35,796 nucleotides of DNA from Corallococcus terminator (GTDB lineage Bacteria; Myxococcota; Myxococcia; Myxococcales; Myxococcaceae): NCBI RefSeq assembly GCF_003611635.1, contig NZ_RAVZ01000061.1, positions 1 through 35,796 of the forward strand, in the 5' to 3' direction. This document shows positions 23,946-32,655 of the stretch, in pieces. The notes under the pieces were generated by a model, which saw only the letters and a program-made list of their open reading frames with translations, did not search any database and was not told where the DNA came from. The first letter of the stretch is position 1. Every line of letters begins with the position of its first letter. A program made the position numbers and the translations under genes.

Positions 23946-25469
23946 ATGACACTCCCAGGAGCGCGACATACGGTGGCCGCAGCCATGCGCCGCGCACTCT
24001 GCGTCTCCACCGTCTCCCTCCTCCTGTCCGCCTGCGCCCACGCGCCGTCCACGCCCCAGGCGCCCCCGGGCAACACCCTGAGCGGGGTGACGAAGGCCCT
24101 GCTGGAGACCCTGGAGGCGGACGGGGCGCTCGCGGGCGCGTATGTGGTGGACGCGCGCACCGGCGAGCCGCTCTTCACGCACCGGGAGAACGTGCGCCTG
24201 CTGCCCGCGTCCGTGATGAAGGTGGTGTCCACGTCCGCGGCGCTGTCCGCGCTGGGGGCGGACTTCCGCTTCGTGACGCCGGTGGCCCTGGAGGGCTCGC
24301 AGGTGGGGGGCCTGTTCCTGGGCGACGTGGTGGCGCAGGCCTCCGGAGACCCGTCCCTGGGCTCCTGGCGCTTCCCGGAGACGGCGCTCGCGTGCGACCG
24401 CATCGCGGAGGCCTTCCAGGCGCGCGGCATCCACCAGTGGCGCGGCAGCGTGCGCATCGCCGGCACCGACGGGGTGGACGGCCTGATGGGGCCCGGCTGG
24501 GCCTGGGACGACGCCGCGTATGCCTACAGCGCGGCGCCCACGCCCTTCGTCTTCCGCGAGAACGTGGTGGACCTGGCCCTCACCCGCGCGCCCGGCTCCA
24601 CCTGCGCGGACGCGCCCTCCGTGCAGCTCACCCCCACCTTCGCCACGCTGAGCGCGGTGGTGCGCGTGGACGTCAACGCGGAGCGCACGAACCTCTCCTG
24701 CATGCGCGGAGGCCAGGGCGTGCGCTGCACGTGGCGCTCGCCCCAGGGAGGCCCCTGCCCCCAGTCCGCGGGCGTGAAGCTGGCCGTGGACGCGCCGCAG
24801 GAGCTCTTCGCCGCGTGCGTGGACGACGCGCTGGCGCGCAAGGGCGTGACGCGGCTGCCCCTCACGCTGGAGGCCCCCACCTCCCCCATGCCCCCGGTGC
24901 CGGTGCCGCTGGTGGAGCTGACGAGCCCGCCCCTGTCGGAGCTGGTGCGCGTGACGAACAAGGAGAGCCTCAACCTGTACGCGGAGCGGCTGGGCATGCG
25001 CTTCGCGCGCGAGCGCACCGGGCAGGAGGGCTACACCGTGCTGCGGACGGCGCTGGCCGCGGAGCTGCTGCGCCGGGGGGTGCCGCCCAAGGATTTGCGC
25101 CCGGTGGATGGCAGCGGCCTGTCCCGCTACAACCTGGCCACGCCCCGGGGCATGGCGCGCGTCATCTTCACCAGCCTCCAGGAGCCGTATGGCCCGGCGC
25201 TGGTGGACAGCCTGCCGGTGCTGGGCGTGGACGGGACGCTGGCGGGACGGCCCACGACGCCGGCCACCGCGGGCCGCGTCCGCGCGAAGACGGGCACGCT
25301 GACGGGCCAGAAATGCTTCGTGGGCGTGGCCGAGCGCCCCAATGACCTGGAGCACCCGCGCGTCGTCTTCGCGCTGATGCTCGGCAACATGGACGAGGGC
25401 ACGAAGCCCAACGCCAACGAGACCTTCGACGTCTTCTCCACCGCCCTGGTGGAGCTGCCCCTGCATTGA
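23946..25469 (+). CDS. dacB: D-alanyl-D-alanine carboxypeptidase/endopeptidase, PBP4-like (peptidase S13)
   Basis: A lipoprotein-type signal 'MRRALCVSTVSLLLSAC' is present. 'LLPASVMKVVSTSAAL' matches the PBP4 SxxK active-site context. The SxN and 'RAKTGTL' (KTG) motifs are also present. The start could be 23946 or 23985. Confidence 0.85.
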   Translation: MTLPGARHTVAAAMRRALCVSTVSLLLSACAHAPSTPQAPPGNTLSGVTKALLETLEADGALAGAYVVDARTGEPLFTHRENVRLLPASVMKVVSTSAALSALGADFRFVTPVALEGSQVGGLFLGDVVAQASGDPSLGSWRFPETALACDRIAEAFQARGIHQWRGSVRIAGTDGVDGLMGPGWAWDDAAYAYSAAPTPFVFRENVVDLALTRAPGSTCADAPSVQLTPTFATLSAVVRVDVNAERTNLSCMRGGQGVRCTWRSPQGGPCPQSAGVKLAVDAPQELFAACVDDALARKGVTRLPLTLEAPTSPMPPVPVPLVELTSPPLSELVRVTNKESLNLYAERLGMRFARERTGQEGYTVLRTALAAELLRRGVPPKDLRPVDGSGLSRYNLATPRGMARVIFTSLQEPYGPALVDSLPVLGVDGTLAGRPTTPATAGRVRAKTGTLTGQKCFVGVAERPNDLEHPRVVFALMLGNMDEGTKPNANETFDVFSTALVELPLH

Positions 25470-25519
25470 AGCGGCAGGGCGCACTCTTCCCAGGGCACAG
25501 CACCCATGCGAGGTGAACC

Positions 25520-27700
25520 GTGAAACTGAAGACCGCAGTGACCACCGCCGCGCTGCTCCTGCCGCTCGTGTCCGCGGCGGCGGGCAAGGCGCCCGCGAAG
25601 CCCGCCGCCACGGAGAAGCAGCCCGTGGAGAGCACGTACCACGGCACCACCGTGGCGGATCCGTACCAGTGGATGGAGTCCGCCACCGACCCCAAGGTGC
25701 AGCAGTGGACGGACACCCAGAACGCGTACACCCGCGCGACGCTGGACAAGCTGCCGGGGCGCGAGGGCCTGCGCCAGCGCATCACCGAGCTGCTGTCGTG
25801 GAAGTCCCCCGCGTACGGGGGCCTGGAGGAAAAGGGCGGCGTCATCGTGGCGATGAAGTTCCAGCCTCCCAAGCAGCAGCCGACGCTCGTCGTCCTGGGC
25901 TCGCTGGACGACACGTCGAAGGAGCGCGTGCTGTTGGATCCCACGCAGGTGGACCCGTCCGGCAAGACGACCATCGACTGGTTCCAGCTCACGCACGACG
26001 GCAAGAAGGCGGCGGTGTCGCTGTCGAAGAGCGGCACGGAGAGCGGTGACGTGTCGGTGTACGACGTGGCCACGGCGAAGGCGCTGCCCAACGAGGTCGT
26101 CCCGCGCGTCAACGGCGGCACGGCGGGCGGCAGCCTCGCGTGGAACGCGCAGGGCACGGGCTTCTTCTACACGCGCTATCCGCGCGGCGAGGAGCGTCCC
26201 GCCATCGACCGCGAGGTGTACCAGCAGGTGTACTTCCACGCGCTGGGCACGCCCACGGAGAAGGACACGTACGCTCTGGGCAAGGACTTCCCGCGCATCG
26301 CGATGACGGACCTGGAGGCCAGCGACGACGGCCAGTACACGTTCGCGCGCGTGGCCAACGGGGACGGCGGCGAGTTCGAGCTGTACCTGCACGGCCCCAA
26401 GGGCACGTGGACGCAGGTGGCGAAGTTCACGGACAAGGTGGTGTCGGCGCGCTTCGGCAGCGACGGCGCGGCGTACCTGCTCAGCCGCAAGGACGCCTCG
26501 CGCGGCAAGGTGCTGCGCCTGCCGCTGGCCACGCCGAGCCTGGACAAGGCGACGGTGCTCGTCCCGGAGAGCGAGGCCACGGTGCAGTCCATCCTGCCCA
26601 CGAAGAGCCGCCTGTACCTGATGGAGCAGTTGGGCGGGCCGTCGCAGATGCGCATCGTGGACCTGACGGGCAAGGCGCTGGGGCTGGTGCCCACGCTGCC
26701 GGTGTCGTCGGTGGGCGGCGCGGTGCGGCAGGGCGCGGACGACGTGCTGTTCGCCAACTCCAGCTTCACGACGCCGGCCGCGTGGTTCCGGTATTCGGCG
26801 GCGGACGGCAAGGTGACGAAGACGGCGCTGGCGCGCACGGCGGCCATCGACATGAGCGACGTGGAGGTGGTGCGCACGGAGGCCACGTCGAAGGACGGCA
26901 CCAAGGTGCCGCTGACCATCCTGAAGAAGAAGGGCACGAAGCTGAACGGGAAGAACCCGACGTGGCTCACGGGCTACGGCGGCTTCAACATCTCCATCAC
27001 GCCCGGCTACAGCCCGACGGCGGGGCTGTGGCTGGAGCAGGGCGGCGTGTACGCGGTGGCGAACCTGCGCGGTGGTTCGGAGTTCGGTGAGGCCTGGCAC
27101 CAGGCGGGTTCGCTGACGAAGAAGCAGAACGTGTTCGACGACTTCTACGCGTGCGCGAAGCTGCTGGTGGACCAGAAGTACACGCAGCCGAAGAAGCTGG
27201 CCATCCAGGGCGGCAGCAACGGCGGTCTGCTGATGGGCGCGGCGGTGACGCAGCACCCGGAGCAGTACGGCGCGGTGGTGGCTCGCGTGGGCATCTACGA
27301 CATGCTGCGCACGGAGCTGACGCCCAACGGCCAGTTCAACGTGACGGAGTACGGCACGGTGAAGGACCCGGAGCAGTTCAAGGCGCTGTATGCCTATTCG
27401 CCGGTGCACCAGGTGAAGGACGGGACGAAGTACCCGTCGGTGCTCTTCACCTCCGGGGCGAACGACCCGCGCGTGGATCCGTTCCACTCGCGCAAGATGG
27501 TGGCCCGGATGCAGGCGGCCACCAGCGCCCCGAAGCCCATCCTGCTGCGCGCCAACGCGGAGACGGGCCACGGCGCCGGCACGCCCCTGAATGCGCGCAT
27601 CGAGGAGGAGGTGGACGTCTACTCCTTCGTCTTCAACGAGCTGGGCATGACGTACAAGCCCAACGCGACGAAGAAGCCCACCGCGCCCGCGCCGCAGTAG
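25520..27700 (+). CDS. Secreted prolyl oligopeptidase family serine peptidase (S9A)
   Basis: The gene has a GTG start with GAGGTG upstream. A signal peptide 'MKLKTAVTTAALLLPLVSAAAG' is present. 'TVADPYQWMES' matches the POP N-terminal signature. The catalytic Ser motif 'IQGGSNGGLL' sits in the C-terminal alpha/beta domain. The product is 726 aa. Confidence 0.9.
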   Translation: MKLKTAVTTAALLLPLVSAAAGKAPAKPAATEKQPVESTYHGTTVADPYQWMESATDPKVQQWTDTQNAYTRATLDKLPGREGLRQRITELLSWKSPAYGGLEEKGGVIVAMKFQPPKQQPTLVVLGSLDDTSKERVLLDPTQVDPSGKTTIDWFQLTHDGKKAAVSLSKSGTESGDVSVYDVATAKALPNEVVPRVNGGTAGGSLAWNAQGTGFFYTRYPRGEERPAIDREVYQQVYFHALGTPTEKDTYALGKDFPRIAMTDLEASDDGQYTFARVANGDGGEFELYLHGPKGTWTQVAKFTDKVVSARFGSDGAAYLLSRKDASRGKVLRLPLATPSLDKATVLVPESEATVQSILPTKSRLYLMEQLGGPSQMRIVDLTGKALGLVPTLPVSSVGGAVRQGADDVLFANSSFTTPAAWFRYSAADGKVTKTALARTAAIDMSDVEVVRTEATSKDGTKVPLTILKKKGTKLNGKNPTWLTGYGGFNISITPGYSPTAGLWLEQGGVYAVANLRGGSEFGEAWHQAGSLTKKQNVFDDFYACAKLLVDQKYTQPKKLAIQGGSNGGLLMGAAVTQHPEQYGAVVARVGIYDMLRTELTPNGQFNVTEYGTVKDPEQFKALYAYSPVHQVKDGTKYPSVLFTSGANDPRVDPFHSRKMVARMQAATSAPKPILLRANAETGHGAGTPLNARIEEEVDVYSFVFNELGMTYKPNATKKPTAPAPQ

Positions 27701-27711
27701 TCGGTTTCATC

Positions 27712-27762
27712 CGCCCGTCCTTCCTTGAGTGGAGGGACGGGCGTTTCCTTTCCCGTGTTTCG
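27712..27762 (+). terminator. Candidate intrinsic terminator after the prolyl oligopeptidase gene
   Basis: The stem 'cgcccgtcc' (27712..27720) pairs with 'ggacgggcg' (27735..27743). It can be extended to ~12 bp with one mismatch. A T-rich tail 'tttcctttcccgtgtttcg' follows. Confidence 0.45.
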
Positions 27763-27778
27763 TGGCACCCTGGCGCCC

Positions 27779-28201
27779 ATGAGCCCGCTCATCCCCTTCT
27801 TCATCCTCTCGCCCATCCTCGCGGGCGGCCTCGCCTGGTTCACGCTCACCCGCATCGGAAAGCGGCGGAATGAACGCGCGAAGGGGTCGCTGGACGCGGT
27901 GGTGGCGAAGCTGCGCGGGCAGAAGGTACTGGGCGCGGTGGACCTGTTCGTCCAGGACGTGTCGTGGTCCGGGGAGACGGAGCTGTCGCCGCAGAACTGT
28001 CAGGTCCGCGTGGTGATGGGCGGACAGGACGCCAGCAGCATTCCGGCCCGCTTCGAGGTGGAGAGCGCGCCGGGTGCGCCCCGTCCTCCGGCGGCGGTGC
28101 TGGCGGCGCTGCGGGAGTTGGATGCGCAGGCGATGGCGGCGCTGAAGGCGGGCGGCTGGGCGTGGCAGCGCCCGCGCATCGGCTTCGAGCCGGCGGCGTA
28201 G
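27779..28201 (+). CDS. Hypothetical small membrane-anchored protein
   Basis: I take the start as 'MSPLIPFFILSPILAGGLAWFTL' (one TM helix) at 27779, downstream of the terminator hairpin, rather than 27725. There is no recognisable domain. Confidence 0.4.
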   Translation: MSPLIPFFILSPILAGGLAWFTLTRIGKRRNERAKGSLDAVVAKLRGQKVLGAVDLFVQDVSWSGETELSPQNCQVRVVMGGQDASSIPARFEVESAPGAPRPPAAVLAALRELDAQAMAALKAGGWAWQRPRIGFEPAA

Positions 28202-28233
28202 CCGCGACGGGGCATGGATCAACCCATCGCGGC
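28201..28233. terminator. Hairpin between convergent genes (candidate bidirectional terminator)
   Basis: 'gccgcgacggg' pairs with 'cccatcgcggc' around an 11-nt loop, giving 10 of 11 base pairs. There is no U-tract. Confidence 0.3.
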
Positions 28234-28238
28234 CGCGC

Positions 28239-29123
28239 TCACGCCTGGACGTGCGCGAGGATCGCCGCCGTGAGGACATCGAACCAGGCGGGGTTCAGGG
28301 CATGACCCATTCCGTCGATGAGCAATGCCGTCCCTCCGGAAACGTCGGCCGCCGCGGCAGCATGTCCTGGCGGGAAGATGGGGTCCTCGGAGCCGCCAAT
28401 GAACAGGGCGGGCACCGCGAGGCGACGCAAGGCTTGAAGCTGATCCTTCTGGGAGCTGCGCAGGCAGGCCTGCCGGTGGAAATCCCCTGCCGAGGTGTCA
28501 TCCCCACGCGCGGCGGCAGTCGCCACCAGGTCCCGCCAATAGGCCGCATCGAAGGGTGCGCGTGAACCGTTGGCGAGCCGCCAGCTCTCGCTGAGCAGCT
28601 CTGACGGGGACAGGTCCGGCGGCAGGCGTCCGAGTTCCGCGAGCCATTCAGCCGACGGGGGTGGCAGTCCCGACGTGGGGGCCTCGCTTCCACAGAAGGT
28701 GTGGAGCATCACCCCGTAGTCTGGCGTGGACAGCATGCTCGTCAGCGAGGCCACGCGTCGCGGCGTGCGGAGGGCCAGCCGCTGGGCCAGGAAGCCTCCC
28801 ATCGACAGCCCCACAAGATGCGCCCGCTCCACCTCCAGCGCGTCGAGGATCGCGAGGACGTCGCCGGACAGGTCATCGAGGTTGTAGGGATGTGCCTCGA
28901 ATGCGCGGTGCGTGGAGGCCCCCGTATCGCGGTAGTCAAAGCGGATGACGCCCAGACCGGCTTGGAGCAGCGGTGCGCAGAACGCATCAGGCCAATAGCT
29001 GGCACCACACCCGTTGCCGGCGAGCAGCAGCACGGGCGGTGCCTGACGGGCTCCGAGAACCTGATAAGCGATGCGGACGTCACCCCGGTCGATGTGCTGT
29101 TCGTGCATGGGAGCCTCAGACAT
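28239..29123 (-). CDS. Alpha/beta-fold hydrolase
   Basis: 'VLLLAGNGCGASYW' precedes the nucleophile elbow 'HLVGLSMGGFLA' (GxSxG). The C-terminal part carries His and Asp. The start could be 29123 or 29108 (the latter has GAGG upstream). Confidence 0.8.
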   Translation of the reverse strand: MSEAPMHEQHIDRGDVRIAYQVLGARQAPPVLLLAGNGCGASYWPDAFCAPLLQAGLGVIRFDYRDTGASTHRAFEAHPYNLDDLSGDVLAILDALEVERAHLVGLSMGGFLAQRLALRTPRRVASLTSMLSTPDYGVMLHTFCGSEAPTSGLPPPSAEWLAELGRLPPDLSPSELLSESWRLANGSRAPFDAAYWRDLVATAAARGDDTSAGDFHRQACLRSSQKDQLQALRRLAVPALFIGGSEDPIFPPGHAAAAADVSGGTALLIDGMGHALNPAWFDVLTAAILAHVQA

Positions 29124-29140
29124 TCATTGAAGCTGAGCGC

Positions 29141-30121
29141 TCAGTGCGCGAGCGTCGCGAGGAACTCACGGATGGCGCGGCCGTGCTCCGCAGGCTCCTC
29201 GATATGCCCCGTGTGACCGCTGTGCGCGAGCACGACGAGCTTCGAGCCCTGGATTCCCGCATGGGCCATGCGCGCCATCTTCTCAGAGCAGATGACATCC
29301 TTGGCGCCCACGAGGATGAGCGTGGGCGTCACGATCTCATGCAGCCGGGGGCGCACATCGAAGCTCGTCTCCGCGGTACTGAACGCGCCACCCTCAGGAG
29401 GCACGGTCTGCCGTGGACCGATCCACATGCGGGCCTGCGCCCGGTAGGCCTCGAACTCGTGGCCGCGGTGGGTCCAGTCGGCGAAGGTGAAAGGCATCAC
29501 CCGCTTCAAGCCGGTGGTCGCGTCGGCGTCGGTCTTCTCCTCGCTGAAGGCCGCGAATCCGGCCTGGGCCTCGGCGAACCACGGCTCATGCTCGAACCAC
29601 TGGAGGTTCGACATGATGTCCCTGCCCAGCTCTCCGCCCGTCACCGGCGACGTGTCGTAGAGGACGAGCCCGCGCAGGTGCTTGGGGTGCGTGAGCGCGT
29701 AGCCCTGAGCGACGAAGCCTCCGTGCGAATGGCCCAGGAGCACCACCTGGTCCACGCCGAGGGCCGCGCGCACGCCCTCCACCGCCTTGACGTAGGCCTC
29801 AATCGTGTAGCCGTTCGGATCGGCGAGCCTGCCAGAGACACCCGTGCCGAACGGCTCGATGTAGACGACGGTGGCGACCTGCTCCACCTCCGGCATGCGC
29901 AGGGAGCCCCAGTCTCCACCCGGCCCGCCGGGGTGCGCGATGACGACCGGTCCGCTGCCGAACACGTGGTAGGCGACCGGTACGCCATCGACAATGGCCT
30001 GCCCCGCACGCGTCTCGGCACCGGATGATGTCTTCGTGGGCCGCGGGCCGGTGGAGCAGGCCATGGACGCCAGGGAGAGTACGAGGACACCTGCGATCCG
30101 GTGGAGGGACGTAATCGTCAT
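29141..30121 (-). CDS. Alpha/beta-fold hydrolase lipoprotein (proline-iminopeptidase-like)
   Basis: A signal plus lipobox 'MTITSLHRIAGVLVLSLASMACS' is present. The nucleophile elbow is 'VLLGHSHGGFVA'. It lies 17 nt from the next hydrolase on the same strand. Confidence 0.8.
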   Translation of the reverse strand: MTITSLHRIAGVLVLSLASMACSTGPRPTKTSSGAETRAGQAIVDGVPVAYHVFGSGPVVIAHPGGPGGDWGSLRMPEVEQVATVVYIEPFGTGVSGRLADPNGYTIEAYVKAVEGVRAALGVDQVVLLGHSHGGFVAQGYALTHPKHLRGLVLYDTSPVTGGELGRDIMSNLQWFEHEPWFAEAQAGFAAFSEEKTDADATTGLKRVMPFTFADWTHRGHEFEAYRAQARMWIGPRQTVPPEGGAFSTAETSFDVRPRLHEIVTPTLILVGAKDVICSEKMARMAHAGIQGSKLVVLAHSGHTGHIEEPAEHGRAIREFLATLAH

Positions 30122-30360
30122 TGTGGAGTGTCCATAGCAGACCCACTGCACACCAATCCACCTGCCCTGGCCCATGAGGGCCGCCGCTGTGCCTGCTCAA
30201 GATCCGGGCGCTGCATCTTGCGTGCGTCAAGGCTGCGTCAGAACACGCGTCGTCATGACGGTGTCCCATCATGGGATTGGAACCCGGGAAGCGTCAGGGC
30301 CAGGGTCCGCGAGTGACAAGTCATTCCGAGCGCCACGCCAGCGGGAATGCCAGACCGGCG

Positions 30361-30620
30361 TCTGGCTGCCATCCGCCAACAGTCACAAGACGGCGGAGCT
30401 GCCCACCGCGATGCAGGTCCAAGCCCAGACACTGGCTTCATTCGTGGACGCCCTGCGCGGCGCGGGCTTCCCTCCCGAGGTCTTGAGCGGCGCCTCCACG
30501 CCCACCCTCTGGCAATCCCACGCAGTGCATGGCCTCACGGAGATCCGTCCAGGCCTCAACGCACTGAACGACCGCAACAGCACCCGACGAAAGTCCGGAC
30601 TGGACGGGAGTCGAGGGGCT
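30361..30620 (+). pseudogene. Decayed, internally deleted fragment of the alanine-racemase-N-domain (D-serine-dehydratase-like) gene found intact at 31515..32603
   Basis: 30361..30393 resembles 31625..31663 (both ending '...cacaagacggcggag'). 30394..30595 then matches 32060..32262 ('ctgccc[a/g]ccgcgatgcagg...gaccgcaacagcac') at roughly 90% identity. The junction sits at a shared 'ggcgga[g/a]' microhomology. The frame is disrupted and there is no start. Confidence 0.65.
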
Positions 30621-30671
30621 GGCGCGCGGATCAGACCCACCGCGCCACTTCGCGTTGGATAGGATGCGCCC

Positions 30672-31424
30672 ATGCTCCTTTCCAAGAACGACTTCCTTCC
30701 GCGCGCGGAGGCCACGCTCGCCCGGCTGGACGGTGCCCTCAAGGATGCGCTCTCCCATCAGGGCGCACCCCTGGTCACCTCCCTGGGGAGGGCGTTCCCC
30801 AAGGACGCGCCCCTTGAGCCCGCCGGACTCGCGAAGGCGCTGTGTCCCGGGCCTGTCTCGCATGTCGGCCTGGCGGCCGTGGTGATGCGCGAGTTCCTCG
30901 AACCCGTGGACGCCGTGCTGGACGCGTCGCTGTCCAAATCCACGGTCGTGACGGGGAACGCGAAGGCTCCCGGTTCGCTGCTCGTCACCTGTCCCCTCCT
31001 CGTGCTGGGCGACCTGGAGGTCGATGGATTCCTGGACGACTGCGGACCGGATTCGACCATCGTGGTCCTGGGCCGGTGTGTGGCGAAGGGACTGCGAACG
31101 TCGGGGAACTTCCTGGTCCTGGGCGACCTTGTGGTCCGGGACGTCATCCAGGGCGTCTACAACGATGAGAGTCTCATCGTGGCGGGCAACCTGACGACGC
31201 GCTTCCTGGATGAGAATGATCACGAAGTCGCGTGCTACGGAGAACTCCACGCGGAGCATCGCTTCGAGAACGGGCGCTCCGACGAAGAGGCGGCGTTACA
31301 GGCCTCCGCCTTCCTGGTGCCCGGGCTCTGGAACATCGATTCCGGTGAAATCGACCACGACGAACTCTTCGCACGCATCCGGCGGAACGAGCCGGTCTTC
31401 ACCGAAACGAAGAAGCACCCTTGA
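30672..31424 (+). CDS. Hypothetical protein with beta-helix-like V/L-G-D repeats (bactofilin-like pattern, unverified)
   Basis: The 250-aa product has AGGA upstream. Repeats 'LLVLGDLEVDGFL','IVVLGRCVAKGL','FLVLGDLVVRDVIQG','LIVAGNLTTRF' suggest a beta-helical core. Confidence 0.6.
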   Translation: MLLSKNDFLPRAEATLARLDGALKDALSHQGAPLVTSLGRAFPKDAPLEPAGLAKALCPGPVSHVGLAAVVMREFLEPVDAVLDASLSKSTVVTGNAKAPGSLLVTCPLLVLGDLEVDGFLDDCGPDSTIVVLGRCVAKGLRTSGNFLVLGDLVVRDVIQGVYNDESLIVAGNLTTRFLDENDHEVACYGELHAEHRFENGRSDEEAALQASAFLVPGLWNIDSGEIDHDELFARIRRNEPVFTETKKHP

Positions 31425-31514
31425 AGTAAATGGCCTCGGGTGACGTTGCCTGCCGCATGTCGGTTCGAGCACCCACGACGGGAGTACTGGAGGACATCCG
31501 CGCCCGGTGCCAGC

Positions 31515-32603
31515 ATGGGCCGCATGCCCTCCTTCGACTCGCTCGACACCCCCGCCGCCATCGTCGACCTGGACCGCGTCGAGCGGAACCTCCAGCGCGT
31601 CGCAGCCTATGCGCGCGAGCACGACCTGCGCTGGCGACCCCACACCAAGACACACAAGACGGCGGAGTTGGGCGCGCTCCAGGTGGCCGCGGGCGCATCA
31701 GGCGTCACGGTGGCCACGGTCCTGGAGGCCGAGGTCATGGCCTCCGTGTCCGACGACGTGCTGCTCGCGTACCCGCCCGTGGGGGCCCGCCGGCTCGCGC
31801 GGCTGATGGCCCTTCCCCCACACGTGCGCATCTCCGTGGCGCTTGATTCCGTGGAGGTATTGAACGGGTTGGCGCTCGCGGCCCGGGACGCGGGACGCAC
31901 CGTGGGCGTGCTGGTGGAACTGGACCTGGGCATGCGCCGGGTCGGGCTGCGCACGCCGGACGAAGCCGTGGCCCTGGCCCGCGCGGCGGCCTCCACGCCG
32001 GGCGTGTCCTTTCGCGGGGTGACGTTCTACGCGGGCCACCTCCGGATGCCCCAGGCGGAACTGCCCGCCGCGATGCAGGCCCAATCCCAGACACTGGCGT
32101 CGTTCGTGGACGCCCTGCGTGGCGCGGGCCTCCCTCCCGAGGTCGTGAGCGGCGGCTCCACCCCCACCCTCTGGCAATCCCACGCAGTGCACGGCCTCAC
32201 GGAGATCCGCCCGGGCCTCAACGCGCTGAACGACCGCAACAGCACTGTCATCGGCGCCAACGACTGGACGGAGTGCGCCTATTCGGTCCTTGCCACCGTG
32301 GTGAGCACCGCCGTGTCCGGGCAGGTGGTCATCGACGCGGGGGCCAAGGCGCTCGCGAAGGAAGAGGGCCTCGCGCCCGGGTACGGCGTCCTGCTGGACC
32401 GGCCGGAGGTCGTGGTGAAGAACCTGTCGGAAGAACACGGCCTGCTGGATGTGTCGGCCACAACGTGGCGACCCCGCATCGGGGACCGCGTGCGCGTGGT
32501 GCCGAACCATGTCTGTGTTTCCGTCCCCATGCACTCGCGGCTGCACGTCGTCCGAGGCGATACAAGCGTGGCGACCTGGGACGTCGCGGCGCGCGGCTGG
32601 TAG
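31515..32603 (+). CDS. Fold-type III PLP enzyme, alanine-racemase-N-terminal-domain protein (D-serine dehydratase / D-threonine aldolase-like)
   Basis: 'PAAIVDLDRVERNLQRVAAYAREHDLRWRPHTKTHKTAELGALQ' matches the family N-terminus and includes the PLP-Lys context. The product is 363 aa. The start is 31515 or 31524. Confidence 0.85.
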   Translation: MGRMPSFDSLDTPAAIVDLDRVERNLQRVAAYAREHDLRWRPHTKTHKTAELGALQVAAGASGVTVATVLEAEVMASVSDDVLLAYPPVGARRLARLMALPPHVRISVALDSVEVLNGLALAARDAGRTVGVLVELDLGMRRVGLRTPDEAVALARAAASTPGVSFRGVTFYAGHLRMPQAELPAAMQAQSQTLASFVDALRGAGLPPEVVSGGSTPTLWQSHAVHGLTEIRPGLNALNDRNSTVIGANDWTECAYSVLATVVSTAVSGQVVIDAGAKALAKEEGLAPGYGVLLDRPEVVVKNLSEEHGLLDVSATTWRPRIGDRVRVVPNHVCVSVPMHSRLHVVRGDTSVATWDVAARGW

Positions 32604-32655
32604 GCCTCCCGGCCCTCAGGCAGGAGACCTACCGCCGTTGAACCCACGGGGCCGG

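Noticed and set aside
23130-25484. 784-aa minus-strand ORF
   Set aside because: Only its 3' 216 codons (23130..23780) look like a real protein. The remainder is antisense to the PBP4 gene and translates to R/G/H-rich junk.
25127-27571. 814-aa minus-strand ORF
   Set aside because: It is antisense to the prolyl oligopeptidase gene, which has the DPYxWxE N-terminal signature and a GGSNGG catalytic motif.
30174-30662. 162-aa plus-strand ORF in the 550-bp intergenic region
   Set aside because: It has no RBS or signal. Its only protein-like stretch is the decayed copy of the downstream PLP-enzyme gene, so I report it as a pseudogene fragment instead.
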